This document shows, one piece after another, positions 1-9,850 of a stretch of DNA of 64,000 nucleotides. Source of the DNA: Blastocatellia bacterium. Its GTDB lineage: Bacteria > Acidobacteriota > Blastocatellia > UBA7656. Position 1 is the stretch's first letter, and each line of letters begins with the position of its first letter. A program made the translations under genes and the position numbers. The stretch covers positions 160,001 to 224,000 of the forward strand of contig CAVXWP010000001.1 in the NCBI GenBank assembly GCA_963765495.1, read 5' to 3'. The notes beneath the pieces are model-generated. The model was not told the DNA's origin. It worked only from the letters and a program-made list of their open reading frames with translations, and ran no database searches.

Positions 1-1346
1 GTAGCGCACCCCGAGGCCGTGCCCCCAGCAGCCGAGTTACCGAAGATCGTACTGTTCGTGAGATTAACGATACCTTCACCGTTTAAAATGCCGCCGCCTC
101 TGCTTGTGACGCCAACTACCGTGCCGAACAGAGTGCCTGTGCTAACCGAATTTCCAAAGACCGTGCTATTCGTGATATTCAATGTTCCGGTAAAATTGCT
201 GATACCGCCGCCAAAGCTGCCTGTAACAGTTATCACGTTACCAGCGTCAGGTTCCCCCTGAATGCCGCCATTGGCTGAGTTGCCGGAAACAGTACAGCTA
301 TTGATATTAATAGTTCCGCTTCCGTTATTGATCGCGCCACCGGTGGCTCCGGTTTGCAATCCCGTGCCGCCGCCGCCAGGCGTGCAGTTGACACCGCCCG
401 ATCCAGCGTGTTGGGTGTCGCCCAGGGCGGATGAGTTCCCGGTGAGCGTGCTATTGGTAAGCGTTACCGTCCCAACGGTGTTGGAAATTGCGCCGCCACC
501 GCTGCCGCCCCCAAGATTGCCCGGATCGCCGCTGTTGTTTATGGCACTGCCTCCCTTTGCAGCGTTTCCCGAGAAGGTGGTATTCATTATTTTCACATTA
601 CCGGTACTCTCGTTATAGAGGCCCGCCCCGTCGCCATAACCACCCTTCCCAGCACCCAACCCGCCAACGCCGTCGCCGATGCCAGCGTTGCCGCCGGTGG
701 CGGTGTTGCCGGAGAGCGTGCTGCCTGTGATAATGAGCGTACCGGTGCTTCGGTTGTAAATAGCGCCGCCGCGGCCATAACCACCAATGGATATCTGGGC
801 ATTCCCGCCGGTCGCGGCATTGTTCGATAGGACGCTGTTGATAATGTTGAGCGTACCGGTGCTGTCATTGAGAATTCCACCGCCAAAGCCCGGTTCCCCG
901 GCAGGGTTACCATCTGCTCCGCGATTCAGTCCGTTAGCAATCGTCAAACCGGAGATCGTGACGTTGATCGCAGGTATCACGCCGCCAATATTGAACACCC
1001 GCACCGCGTTGTTGCCGCTGATGGCGAGCAGGCTTGCGCCCGGCCCTTGAATCTGGAGGTCCTTGTCTATCGCCAGTTCGCTCGCAAGCGTGATCGGACT
1101 TGTCACCGTCGTCATATCGAAGTCAATCGTATCGCCCGGCGCTGCCGTGGCTATCGCTTGCCGCAATGTGCAGTCGGCTCCCGGACAGGTTCCGCCCGCA
1201 TCGGCGCTGCTGTGTACCGTTATCGTCGCCGCTGGCGTCTTCTGGACCACGCTTCCTGCGACAGGAACCGTGACCGGCGTGAGCAACATTGCGAGCGCGA
1301 TGCCTCCCAACAGCGCGGCGATTGTAATTCTCTTATTGGATTTCAT
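1..1346 (-). CDS. Secreted beta-helix repeat protein (CSLREA / choice-of-anchor Q-like), runs off the window
   Basis: ATG at 1346 after GGAGGT RBS. MKSNKRITIAALLGG signal peptide, then CTLRQAIA..PGDTIDF and G/N-rich repeats. Not in the ORF track because it has no stop in the window. Confidence 0.8.
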   Translation of the reverse strand, partial: MKSNKRITIAALLGGIALAMLLTPVTVPVAGSVVQKTPAATITVHSSADAGGTCPGADCTLRQAIATAAPGDTIDFDMTTVTSPITLASELAIDKDLQIQGPGASLLAISGNNAVRVFNIGGVIPAINVTISGLTIANGLNRGADGNPAGEPGFGGGILNDSTGTLNIINSVLSNNAATGGNAQISIGGYGRGGAIYNRSTGTLIITGSTLSGNTATGGNAGIGDGVGGLGAGKGGYGDGAGLYNESTGNVKIMNTTFSGNAAKGGSAINNSGDPGNLGGGSGGGAISNTVGTVTLTNSTLTGNSSALGDTQHAGSGGVNCTPGGGGTGLQTGATGGAINNGSGTININSCTVSGNSANGGIQGEPDAGNVITVTGSFGGGISNFTGTLNITNSTVFGNSVSTGTLFGTVVGVTSRGGGILNGEGIVNLTNSTIFGNSAAGGTASGCA

Positions 1347-1740
1347 GATAGACCTCCATCTCTGCGTTTCTTGAGTAGCGCCTGTGTCCTAACCATTGCC
1401 CGATGAATATCATCGGACTTCATTACCGGACTGGCTTTCGACATTGCGGTTTTGCGTTCTTCTATTCGTGGCACAAGTATCTTTTCTCCATCGGCGCTTC
1501 CGCTCCGACTTTCCCAGTTGTCTTCACCAGGAGTACTTGCCCAATGTAGCGACGGCCATATCGGTGCGAGTTTCGTGCACCGGCAGGCGCGGACGTTTGC
1601 TATCAGCCTGCACTACTGGTTTTCACCTACTCATGCGATGAATCACTGTCGCTTACCCCATCGCGTTAGATTTTTTTAGGGCTGCCGCAGGCTATAACGA
1701 AATAAATATCTACTCACGACAAAAGCAGCGCGATGGTATA

Positions 1741-2112
1741 ATGAGAGCCGTTATGAATGAGCTTGAAACAAACTTCGAGGCACCCTTCACCATCACCGAG
1801 CATGGCACGATTAGAATTGCGGGATCGCGCGTTAGCCTTGATATGGTCATTCACCCTTACAAGCTCGGCGCGACCGCCGAACAGATCGCCTACTGCTTCC
1901 TGTCTCTGAGTCTGGCAGACATTTATCCGGCAATCGCTTACCACCTGACTCACCGCGAGGAGGTTGAAGAGTACCTGCGCAGGCAAGAGGCCGTAGCCGA
2001 CGCGCTTCTACAGCAAATCGAATCCGATCCGAAGCGCCGGCAGAGGATCACTGAACTGCGCGAGCGCATTTTAGCCCGCCGGAGGAATCAGCATGAGCCA
2101 ACCCTACATTGA
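1741..2112 (+). CDS. DUF433 family protein (putative antitoxin)
   Basis: GTIRIAGSRVSLD...GATAEQI...LSLADIYPAIAY matches the DUF433 pattern. Confidence 0.8.
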   Translation: MRAVMNELETNFEAPFTITEHGTIRIAGSRVSLDMVIHPYKLGATAEQIAYCFLSLSLADIYPAIAYHLTHREEVEEYLRRQEAVADALLQQIESDPKRRQRITELRERILARRRNQHEPTLH

Positions 2113-2410
2113 GCAACGCGACGGCGGATACTGGATTCAAGGGACGCGCGTATCACTCGATTCAGTAGTCTACAGGTGGCTCGAAGGACTGTCTCCCGAA
2201 ACCATCGCCGACTGCTTCCCCGCGCTGACGCTGGAGCAGGTCTACGGCGCGGTCGCTTACTATCTGGCCCACCGCGACGAGGTTGACGCCTACCTCAAAT
2301 CCGCCGACGAGGAATATGAACAGTTCCGCCAGCGCGTGCGCACAAAGTATCCTCGCCTGAGCAGCAGGCTCGATGAGTTGCTCAACACCTCTGAGGCAAC
2401 CAGGCGATGA
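2093..2410 (+). CDS. DUF433 family protein (putative antitoxin)
   Basis: IQGTRVSLDSVV...GLSPETIADCFPALTLEQVYGAVAYY. Confidence 0.85.
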   Translation: MSQPYIEQRDGGYWIQGTRVSLDSVVYRWLEGLSPETIADCFPALTLEQVYGAVAYYLAHRDEVDAYLKSADEEYEQFRQRVRTKYPRLSSRLDELLNTSEATRR

Positions 2411-2757
2411 AGATTCGGTTCCAGGCCGATAACGACCTCGACCATCGCATCATTGCCGCGACCAGGCGGCTCGACCCGGCAATAGATTTTCAAACAGCGA
2501 CAGCCCTCGGACTTCACACCGGAGTGCCCGACGACCAAGTGCTGGCCCTTGCCGCCCAGCAAGGCCGAATCCTGGTGACGCATGACCGGAAAACGATGCC
2601 TGACCACTTCGAGCTTTTCGTCGTCTCACACACGTCGCCGGGGCTGATTATCCTCTCGCAAGCCCTCCCCATCGGACGCGCCGCCGAGTGGCTGCACCTG
2701 ATCTGGGCCGCCTCCGAGGCCGAAGAATACATCAACTCCATTTACAGCCTGCCCTAA
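2407..2757 (+). CDS. DUF5615 family PIN-like protein (putative toxin)
   Basis: RFQADNDL...PDDQVLALAAQQGRILVTHD; overlaps the DUF433 stop (ATGA). Confidence 0.85.
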   Translation: MKIRFQADNDLDHRIIAATRRLDPAIDFQTATALGLHTGVPDDQVLALAAQQGRILVTHDRKTMPDHFELFVVSHTSPGLIILSQALPIGRAAEWLHLIWAASEAEEYINSIYSLP

Positions 2758-2762
2758 AATGT

Positions 2763-2888
2763 TCACCTGCTCCCCTCACAACCCCGCGCCTTATCCATCG
2801 CGTTGGCCCCTGGCGCAGCAAGGTATAGCGCGATCAGCAATTGACAGCAGAGGGTCAACAATAGTGAGATCGATATTGCGCGTTTCAT
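2763..2888 (-). pseudogene. Signal-peptide-only stub of a secreted protein
   Basis: GAGGAGG RBS, then MKRAISISLLLTLCCQLLIALYLAAPGANA and a stop after 41 aa. Confidence 0.45.
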
Positions 2889-3017
2889 TTTATCCTCCTC
2901 TATCTGTGCGTTGTGGACTCTGGCCGGTTTGCAATTGCCGGATGATCACTCGCTTAAACTTTCCATTTACCGCATTCCTTCGACTTAGATCGCGGTTCAA
3001 TTCAATCCTGCCCGGTT

Positions 3018-4877
3018 TCACTGCACGACGACCGTGAGCGTAGCGGTGCGCGTCTTGCCCGAATTGTCTGTGCCGGTGAAGACCAGATCATAAGTCCCTG
3101 GTGACGCCGAGCCTTTCACCTTCACCTTGAAGGTCGCGCTCGAAGTTGTGTTGACCGGATTGGCAGGTTTGACCTTCAGGCCCTTGGGCGAGGCCGGAGG
3201 CGTTATCGTCACATTACCGGAAAACCCACCTGTGCCGTTTATGGTGATCTTCGGTTTCGCCTTATTGCCTCGCGCCACCGTCACCATCGGTTGATCGAAC
3301 GATAATGTGAAGTCAGATTCGACCGTGCCCGTTATCGTGACAAATTGGGCCTTCGAATCCATCGCGTTGCCATTCGTCACGTAGACCAGTGCCGGTCCCG
3401 ACATGTTGGGCATCTTCGCGGTGATTTGGGTCGTTGACTCGGACCAGTTTATCGAGCCGTCCTGGATGTGATAAATCTTGTCGCCCTGAATCACAGACAC
3501 CACGTTCCCAATCACTGAGAAGTTAGTCCCTGAAATCTTCATGGTCGTGTTCGGATGCAGGTTCTGGGTTCCATGATCGGGCCCTGTGTCGTCGTTGAGA
3601 ATTCCGCCCTGATTGATCTCAGGACAGTTGCCGGGTATGACGGGGTTCTGTCCCTTTATCAATGCCTCAAGCGTTGTCCCAAGAGTCGTGATTTCCCCAT
3701 CGCTTCCTCTAAACAGTCCCCAACTGTTTTGCGGAGGCGGAGCATTGTCGATCACCTGCCAGAAAATGGCGTAGGATGCGCCGAAGGAGCCGGGACCTAT
3801 GACCGCATTGACCAGTTCCTTTGTGTAACTTGCCGCGTTGCACTCTCCATAATCGGTGCGGGCGAATCCGAACTCTCCAAGCAGAAACGACGCAGGCTCC
3901 ACATTGCTCTGGCCCTGGAACTTCACCTGTCCGGTCTTTACGAGATTGAGGCTTCCGCCCAATACGAAGTTGATCGCCTGCTTCAGGTCCACCTGAGGCT
4001 GGCTGACTTTGAGGCCGATTGTCTGCCAGGAAGAATATGAAAAATAGTCCACGTCGTGAACGCGCGGCGCGACGTAATCGATTACGCAGCGGTTGGCAAG
4101 CGAAGGCTGATTGCCCGGTCCTCCGAACGGTGTGCCTCCGCAGGGTTCACCGCCCGGCGCAACCACGTAGTTGAATTCTATTCCGAAGAAGACGTTGTTT
4201 ACTCCGGCGGCCTTCGCCATTGCGACGCCGTCCGCCCTCGACTGTTGCCAGTTCACGTAATTGTCCCAGACTGCCGGATCATTGTTCACGCCGAGCGCGC
4301 CCTGCACAGCGTTATCGCCTTCCCAGTTGAGTATGATGAAGGTCTTCGACGGGTATGTGTTGAAGAGGTATTCGCACAGGTTTTCGATCTGAGTGCGCTC
4401 TACATCATAAGCGGATGATGAGGGATCGAAGCCGTTTACCCATGTTGGAAGACTCTGATCGGCAGGCCCGTCGGCAGGCGTGTAAGTAGTCAGCAGGTAT
4501 GTCCGAAAACTGTCGGAACCAAAGAGCGTCTCGTAAGCGGAACTGGAAGCGACCTTGACAAGCCAGTTCGGATCATCGTCCTTTTTTATGGATGGATTGA
4601 CCATATAAGGGTCTCTGGCCGATATGGCGACACGGATGGTACGAGTGCCCATCTCGGCGATCTTTTCAGCCGCCCAGTTCAGTCTGTCGGTGGAAGAGTC
4701 ATAAGAAGAGTAGTCGACTCCCCAGTTATAAATGCCGATCATATCGGCCACATCGGTCGGGCGAGGCGGCACAGCGCGCGTGATTGGCGCGATCAGCAGG
4801 GCGACGGCGAAGAACGCCATAAATGAAAGCAGTCTGAATTTGTTGGACATCTCAAAGCTCCTTTTCAATGCGCACAC
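3018..4877 (-). CDS. Secreted glycoside-hydrolase-like (TIM barrel) protein with IPT/Ig-like C-terminal domains
   Basis: Signal peptide; NWEGD and LGEFG clan-A-like glutamate motifs; ISGTNFS IPT-like domain and C-terminal Ig-like domain. Confidence 0.6.
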   Translation of the reverse strand: MCALKRSFEMSNKFRLLSFMAFFAVALLIAPITRAVPPRPTDVADMIGIYNWGVDYSSYDSSTDRLNWAAEKIAEMGTRTIRVAISARDPYMVNPSIKKDDDPNWLVKVASSSAYETLFGSDSFRTYLLTTYTPADGPADQSLPTWVNGFDPSSSAYDVERTQIENLCEYLFNTYPSKTFIILNWEGDNAVQGALGVNNDPAVWDNYVNWQQSRADGVAMAKAAGVNNVFFGIEFNYVVAPGGEPCGGTPFGGPGNQPSLANRCVIDYVAPRVHDVDYFSYSSWQTIGLKVSQPQVDLKQAINFVLGGSLNLVKTGQVKFQGQSNVEPASFLLGEFGFARTDYGECNAASYTKELVNAVIGPGSFGASYAIFWQVIDNAPPPQNSWGLFRGSDGEITTLGTTLEALIKGQNPVIPGNCPEINQGGILNDDTGPDHGTQNLHPNTTMKISGTNFSVIGNVVSVIQGDKIYHIQDGSINWSESTTQITAKMPNMSGPALVYVTNGNAMDSKAQFVTITGTVESDFTLSFDQPMVTVARGNKAKPKITINGTGGFSGNVTITPPASPKGLKVKPANPVNTTSSATFKVKVKGSASPGTYDLVFTGTDNSGKTRTATLTVVVQ

Positions 4878-4949
4878 AGGCCATAAAGTCTCAGATTTTG
4901 TTCTCTCACTTATACATGCGATAAATCGCGACGGTTTACCCCATCGCTC

Positions 4950-5023
4950 AAGCCCTGAAGGATTATCGCTACTGTTACCCAGCGCGTTGCGCTGGGCTAT
5001 TGAATTGCGCCCCTTCGGGGCTT
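4950..5023. repeat. REP-like palindromic element
   Basis: aagccctgaagg...cccagcgcgttgcgctggg...ccccttcggggctt nested inverted repeats. Confidence 0.5.
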
Positions 5024-5128
5024 TTGTGGTCTTTTCAAACGCCCGCTGATCGCTGAGTACGCGGAGACAGATTATTTTCTCGACACTTCAAACTTCTCAC
5101 TCATCGCTCAGCGCTCGGCGCTCCCCTG

Positions 5129-5137
5129 TGATATAAT
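5129..5137 (+). promoter_or_regulatory. Extended -10 promoter element
   Basis: TGaTATAAT about 45 nt upstream of the likely ECF start. Confidence 0.45.
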
Positions 5138-5183
5138 CGCCCTCAATCTTTTGCGATATTTCGGGCTTGGGTTTAGCGATAAG

Positions 5184-5759
5184 ATGGAGGTCTCATCGAA
5201 AATTACAGAACTCCTCGTCGACTGGCGCAACGGTCGCTCCAACGCTTTCGATCAACTCTTCGCGCTCGTATACGACGAACTGCGAGCACTGGCTTCCGGC
5301 TATATGCGCCGCGAGCGCCCCGACCACACCCTGCAAACGACGGCGCTGGTCAACGAGGCGTACGTGAAGCTTGTTGGCCATAAAGACAGGCTGCTGGAAA
5401 ATCGCCTGCACTTTTTCGCAGTCGCGGCGAAAGTCATGCGGCAAATCCTCATCGACCACGCGCGCACGCGCCACTACGAGAAGCGCGGCGGCAAGGCGGT
5501 GAAGATTTCGCTCGATGAGGTCGTCATCATATCGGACGAGCGCGCCGCCGATTTAATAGTGCTTGACGACGCACTCAAATCATTAGCCGCTATTGACGAG
5601 CGCAAGAGTCAGGTCGTCGAACTGCGTTTCTTTGGCGGCATGACGATTGAAGAGACCGCCGAGTTCCTGAGCGTGTCCTTCAACACGGTGGTGCGCGATT
5701 GGGAGATGGCGCGCGCATGGCTTTACCGCAACATCTACGGAGATGGCGATGCAGGCTGA
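5184..5759 (+). CDS. ECF sigma factor, kinase-associated type (TIGR02999-like)
   Basis: LVYDELRALA...HTLQTTALVNEAY...VELRFFGGMTIEETAE...RDWEMARAWL. Confidence 0.9.
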   Translation: MEVSSKITELLVDWRNGRSNAFDQLFALVYDELRALASGYMRRERPDHTLQTTALVNEAYVKLVGHKDRLLENRLHFFAVAAKVMRQILIDHARTRHYEKRGGKAVKISLDEVVIISDERAADLIVLDDALKSLAAIDERKSQVVELRFFGGMTIEETAEFLSVSFNTVVRDWEMARAWLYRNIYGDGDAG

Positions 5760-8499
5760 ACTCTGGCAGCGAATCGAAGAGGTCTTTAGCGCGGCGCTCG
5801 ACGTTGCGGATGATGAGCGCGGCACGTTCCTTGTAGAGGCATGCGGCAGCGACGAGCCATTGCGTCGAGAAGTCGAGGCTTTGCTCGCGTCGCACAAACG
5901 CGCGGGCGATTTCATTCTAGCACCGGTCTTTGAAGTGGCTCTCAATCTTATCGAGCACTCCGAGGCCGCACTCGAAAAAGGCCGTAGAATTGGCCCTTAC
6001 GAGGTCGTCCGTGAAATTGGGCGAGGCGGCATGGGAACAGTCTATCTGGCCGCGCGCGCAGACGACGAGTACAGGAAGCAGGTCGCCATCAAGGTTATCA
6101 AGCGCGGCATGGATTCGGATGACATCCTGCGGCGGTTCCGCAACGAGCGGCAGATTCTCGCAAGCCTCGACCATCCGAACATTGCCCGGCTGCTGGACGG
6201 CGGCACGACCGAGGAGGGCTTGCCTTATTTTGTGCTTGAGTATATTGACGGTGCGCCCTTTGACAGGTATTGCGACGAGCACAGACTGCCGACATTGGAG
6301 CGCTTGCAACTCTTCCGCAGAGTTTGCGAGGCGGTGCAATATGCACATCAAAACCTTATCGTCCATCGGGACCTGAAACCGAGCAACATCCTGGTCACAT
6401 CCGAAGGTGAGCCGAAATTACTCGACTTTGGGATTGCCAAACTCCTCGATCCCGATTTGATCGAAGAGGTCTCCGCGCAAACGGAGACCTCCATGCGCCT
6501 GATGACGCGGGATTACGCCAGCCCCGAACAGGTTCGCGGCCATCGCGTGACTACGGCGACAGATATTTACAGTCTGGGGGTGGTGCTTTACGAAGCGCTG
6601 ACGGGTGTCCGCCCTTACAAGTCCAACCCTGCGTCGCCGGACGGTCCATCACAGGCAAGTCCCGAATCCGAGCCGTCAAAGCCAAGCGACGCGATTGCGG
6701 ATTCAGGATCACGGCGTGCGGGCTCCACGATCTCATCTTCAAATCCGCAATCCGGTATCCACAATCCGAAACTGCTCAGAGGAGATCTGGACAACATCGT
6801 TTTGATGGCGCTGCGAAAAGAACCGCAACGCCGATACGGCTCCGCGGCAGAGTTCTCGGCGGATATTCAAAGATATCTCGACGGGCTTCCAGTCATGGCC
6901 CGCAAGGATACTTTACAATATCGCCTGAGCAAGTTTGTCCTGCGTAATCGTGTTGCCGTGGCGGCGGCTGTGCTCATCCTCCTGACCGTGGTGGTTGGCG
7001 TCGCGATGACAGTTCGGGAAAAACGCAAAGCCGACAGAAGGTTCAGTGAGGTGCGACATCTGGCCAACTCACTCATATTCGAAGTGGATGACGAAATCCA
7101 GAAAGGGCCCACGAAGGGTCGCGCTATGATCGCCAAAAGGGCGCTGGAGTATCTCGACAATCTGGCTCGGGAGTCGGGCAACGAGTACGGGCTGCAACTT
7201 GAACTGGCCGCCGGGTACCTCAAGATCGGAGATATTCAGGGCAAGCCGTATCGGCCAAATCTGGGTGACACTGCCGGCGCGGAGGCGAGCTATCGCAAAG
7301 CAAAGGCGATTCTGGAATCACTGACCGCCGTTGAGCCGACCGACCTCGAAGCACAGCGTTATTTGAGCCTGAGTTATCAGAGCTTAGGCCGCGTACAGCA
7401 GCGCAATGGCGATTGGAACTCAGCGTTGGAAAGCGAGCGGAAGGCGGTGGCAGTCAGTGAGGCCTTGCTCGCTGCGAATCCGAGCAGCCTGCAATATCGC
7501 AATCTGCTGGCAGATAACTACCTGCATTTTGGCGAAGCCCTGTACCTGACAGGAAGAGAGACAGCAATCGCCGACCATCATCAGGCAATCGAGTACTTCC
7601 GCAAAGCGCTGGTGATTCACGCAAGTCTTGCCTTGGCAGAGCCGGACAAGGGTGAATATCGCTATGCCGCAGGAGTGGATTATGAATATGTGGGAATCGC
7701 TTTCAATCGGCTTGGCGATATGACGGGTGACGTCGAGAATTATCGCGCGGCGCTTGAGAATCATCGCAAAGAGCTTGAAATCAACGAAGCACTGGCCGCC
7801 TCGGATCCTTCAAATGCGGCCTACCGGCGCATCGTCGCCGATGTCTACGGCGAGGTCGGATTGTCGCAGCTGAAGCTCGGGCGGCCTGCCGAAGCATTAG
7901 AGAACCTGCGCCACAGGTTGGCTATTTTTGAATCGATAAGAACATCCGACCCGACCAATGTCGAAGCCCGGCGCGACGTGGCCAACTCTATGGCCGATCT
8001 TGGCCAGGCAATGGCGCAGAAGGGCGACCTGTCCGGAGGGTTGGCGCAGGAGCGCAAAGCCGTGGCGATCCTGCAAGCGTTGAGCGAAGCCGAACCTGCG
8101 AACACGGAGACGCGCAACACTCTGCGGTTTTCGTACGAAGCAAGCGGCGAGATGGAAGAAAAGATCGGCGATTACGCGGCGGCGCTGGGGACTTATCAGA
8201 AAGCCCTGGCCCTGCTTGAATCGTGGGCGTGCATCGAACCCGAGATTGTGCTGGTCCGTCGCCTGCTCGCAATCGAAAACGCGAACATCGCACGTGTGCA
8301 TGAAACAGCCGCAGCAGATCGAAAGTCATCAATTAATATACAAAAAGCGCATTGGCGAGCGGCCAAAGAGCGGTATCAACGCAGCCTCACCACTTGGCGG
8401 GATTTACAGGCAAAGGGCCAACTCAGTGAGGCAGACGAAATTGCCGTTACCGAACTCACGAAAGCCATTGCGAAATGCGACCTGGCTCTATCAAAATGA
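5743..8499 (+). CDS. Membrane Ser/Thr protein kinase with C-terminal TPR region
   Basis: GRGGMG, VAIK, HRDLKPSN, DFG, YASPEQ motifs; TM helix; TPR-like repeats; overlaps the ECF gene. Confidence 0.93.
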   Translation: MAMQAELWQRIEEVFSAALDVADDERGTFLVEACGSDEPLRREVEALLASHKRAGDFILAPVFEVALNLIEHSEAALEKGRRIGPYEVVREIGRGGMGTVYLAARADDEYRKQVAIKVIKRGMDSDDILRRFRNERQILASLDHPNIARLLDGGTTEEGLPYFVLEYIDGAPFDRYCDEHRLPTLERLQLFRRVCEAVQYAHQNLIVHRDLKPSNILVTSEGEPKLLDFGIAKLLDPDLIEEVSAQTETSMRLMTRDYASPEQVRGHRVTTATDIYSLGVVLYEALTGVRPYKSNPASPDGPSQASPESEPSKPSDAIADSGSRRAGSTISSSNPQSGIHNPKLLRGDLDNIVLMALRKEPQRRYGSAAEFSADIQRYLDGLPVMARKDTLQYRLSKFVLRNRVAVAAAVLILLTVVVGVAMTVREKRKADRRFSEVRHLANSLIFEVDDEIQKGPTKGRAMIAKRALEYLDNLARESGNEYGLQLELAAGYLKIGDIQGKPYRPNLGDTAGAEASYRKAKAILESLTAVEPTDLEAQRYLSLSYQSLGRVQQRNGDWNSALESERKAVAVSEALLAANPSSLQYRNLLADNYLHFGEALYLTGRETAIADHHQAIEYFRKALVIHASLALAEPDKGEYRYAAGVDYEYVGIAFNRLGDMTGDVENYRAALENHRKELEINEALAASDPSNAAYRRIVADVYGEVGLSQLKLGRPAEALENLRHRLAIFESIRTSDPTNVEARRDVANSMADLGQAMAQKGDLSGGLAQERKAVAILQALSEAEPANTETRNTLRFSYEASGEMEEKIGDYAAALGTYQKALALLESWACIEPEIVLVRRLLAIENANIARVHETAAADRKSSINIQKAHWRAAKERYQRSLTTWRDLQAKGQLSEADEIAVTELTKAIAKCDLALSK

Positions 8500-8638
8500 C
8501 AGGCTTCCAGACCTTGATCGAAGTGTTGCGCTCGCCCTGCTAATTGTTTCGAGTTCTTTCGCCCCCATCGCCTTCTTTAGAAATCACTCTTCCCTCTAGA
8601 TCGATCTTCACTTCCAGATAGACTGCAATGGTCTTCCT

Positions 8639-9020
8639 GTGTCCGTACACACAGTGTCTGCTTCGCCGCATGAAGTCAGACTTGTCGGAGAAACTCTCAC
8701 TGAAGTTTTTACAGACCAAAAGCCTCAGCGACTCATAGGAGACAGAGCGTATGACTCGGACCCATTGGATGAGGAACTTCGACAGCAAGGAATGGAGATG
8801 ATCACGCCACACAGGTCGAATCGTGTAAAAGCACCGACGCAAGATGGGCGAGTGTTGAGACGATACAAGAGGAGATGGAAGGTGGAGAGGTTGTTTGCGT
8901 GGCTGCAAAACTTCCGGCGAATAGCTACGAGATTTGACTACTTGGATGAGAATTATCTTGGATTTGCTCATCCTAGCTGCATCCTGATCTTGCTCAGATG
9001 CTATTTATGAGACTGCTTCT
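8639..9020 (+). mobile_element. IS5-family transposase, 3' fragment with right end
   Basis: LIGDRAYDSD...RYKRRWKVERLFAWLQNFRRIATRFD; N-terminal part missing. Confidence 0.85.
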
Positions 9021-9040
9021 ATTACTACTGTGTTACAAGT

Positions 9041-9382
9041 TCAACCAGACGTTTTGAGCTTTGTCGCGCGCTCAGCGGCAAGAGTCGAACTGTCGCCGTG
9101 GTGAATCTTGATCTTGCCTTCGAGTTTATTCTTGCTCTCCATTTCCAGCCATCCGCTTCCTGATGCCGGATCACATTCATCATTTCCGTCCCACGTGAAT
9201 TCAAATCTATCTCCGTCCTCGCTCTTCACAACCTCTCCGTCGATTTGCCCTGAGACGAGCCCGAACTGAAAGTCACCGCCTCCATCGCGCCGTATCCTTA
9301 TATAGGCTTGGACTTCCATATTCAGGTAGTCGTCGCCCCACATCTCCATCTCTATGATCTGCCACGTCCCTTCGTATTTCAC
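9041..9382 (-). CDS. Hypothetical protein (small beta-rich)
   Basis: 113-aa ORF with GGAGG RBS; FTWDGNDECDPASGSGW. Confidence 0.7.
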   Translation of the reverse strand: MKYEGTWQIIEMEMWGDDYLNMEVQAYIRIRRDGGGDFQFGLVSGQIDGEVVKSEDGDRFEFTWDGNDECDPASGSGWLEMESKNKLEGKIKIHHGDSSTLAAERATKLKTSG

Positions 9383-9398
9383 GGCCCCCTCCTTCGTG

Positions 9399-9590
9399 TC
9401 ACTTCTTGATTGGTGGTCGGTTTTTGACCGTTTCGACCAGTCGCTTTACCGTGGTCGTCACAGGCAGCGTCGATAGAAAATACTTCGTCGGTTCGGGCTC
9501 ACTCTCGGGCCACTCGATCAGTAGCCACTCCTGCTCGCGCACCTCGCCCAGTGTATAGTCCCGATGTGCCGAGCGAACCCGCAACGCCAG
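9399..9590 (-). pseudogene. IS701-family transposase fragment
   Basis: VRSAHRD...EWLLIEWPESEPEPTKYFLSTLP. Confidence 0.75.
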
Positions 9591-9850
9591 AAATCGTCCG
9601 CTGAGTTTCCGCTAGTGAAGTTACGTTGCGCTCTTACACGGCCTGTGAAATCTATATGCGTAGACCGCAATCCGGTGTCCAATACGGCAACAGTAAGACC
9701 ATTCCCTGTCACCGAAAATGCCTGCCGCGCCTGTCTAACGCGGATTAGTGTGTCAACTTCCAGATCTTGAATGCGAATTTATCTTGTTTCAAACTGCACT
9801 GGAGGCTCAGGATTTGGAATTCGACGAATTTGAGATGACGTATTACTCAT
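9591..9850 (-). pseudogene. Subtilisin-like (S8) peptidase N-terminal remnant
   Basis: MSNTSS...ETR*IRIQ...TGNGLTVAVLDTGLRSTHIDF; in-frame stop; truncated by the IS701 fragment. Confidence 0.7.

Noticed and set aside
19-1406. Plus-strand Pro-rich ORFs in the track
   Set aside because: Antisense shadows of the Gly-rich minus-strand gene starting at 1346
8540-8971. 143-aa minus-strand ORF
   Set aside because: Mostly antisense to the IS5 fragment, fused to an orphan gene tail
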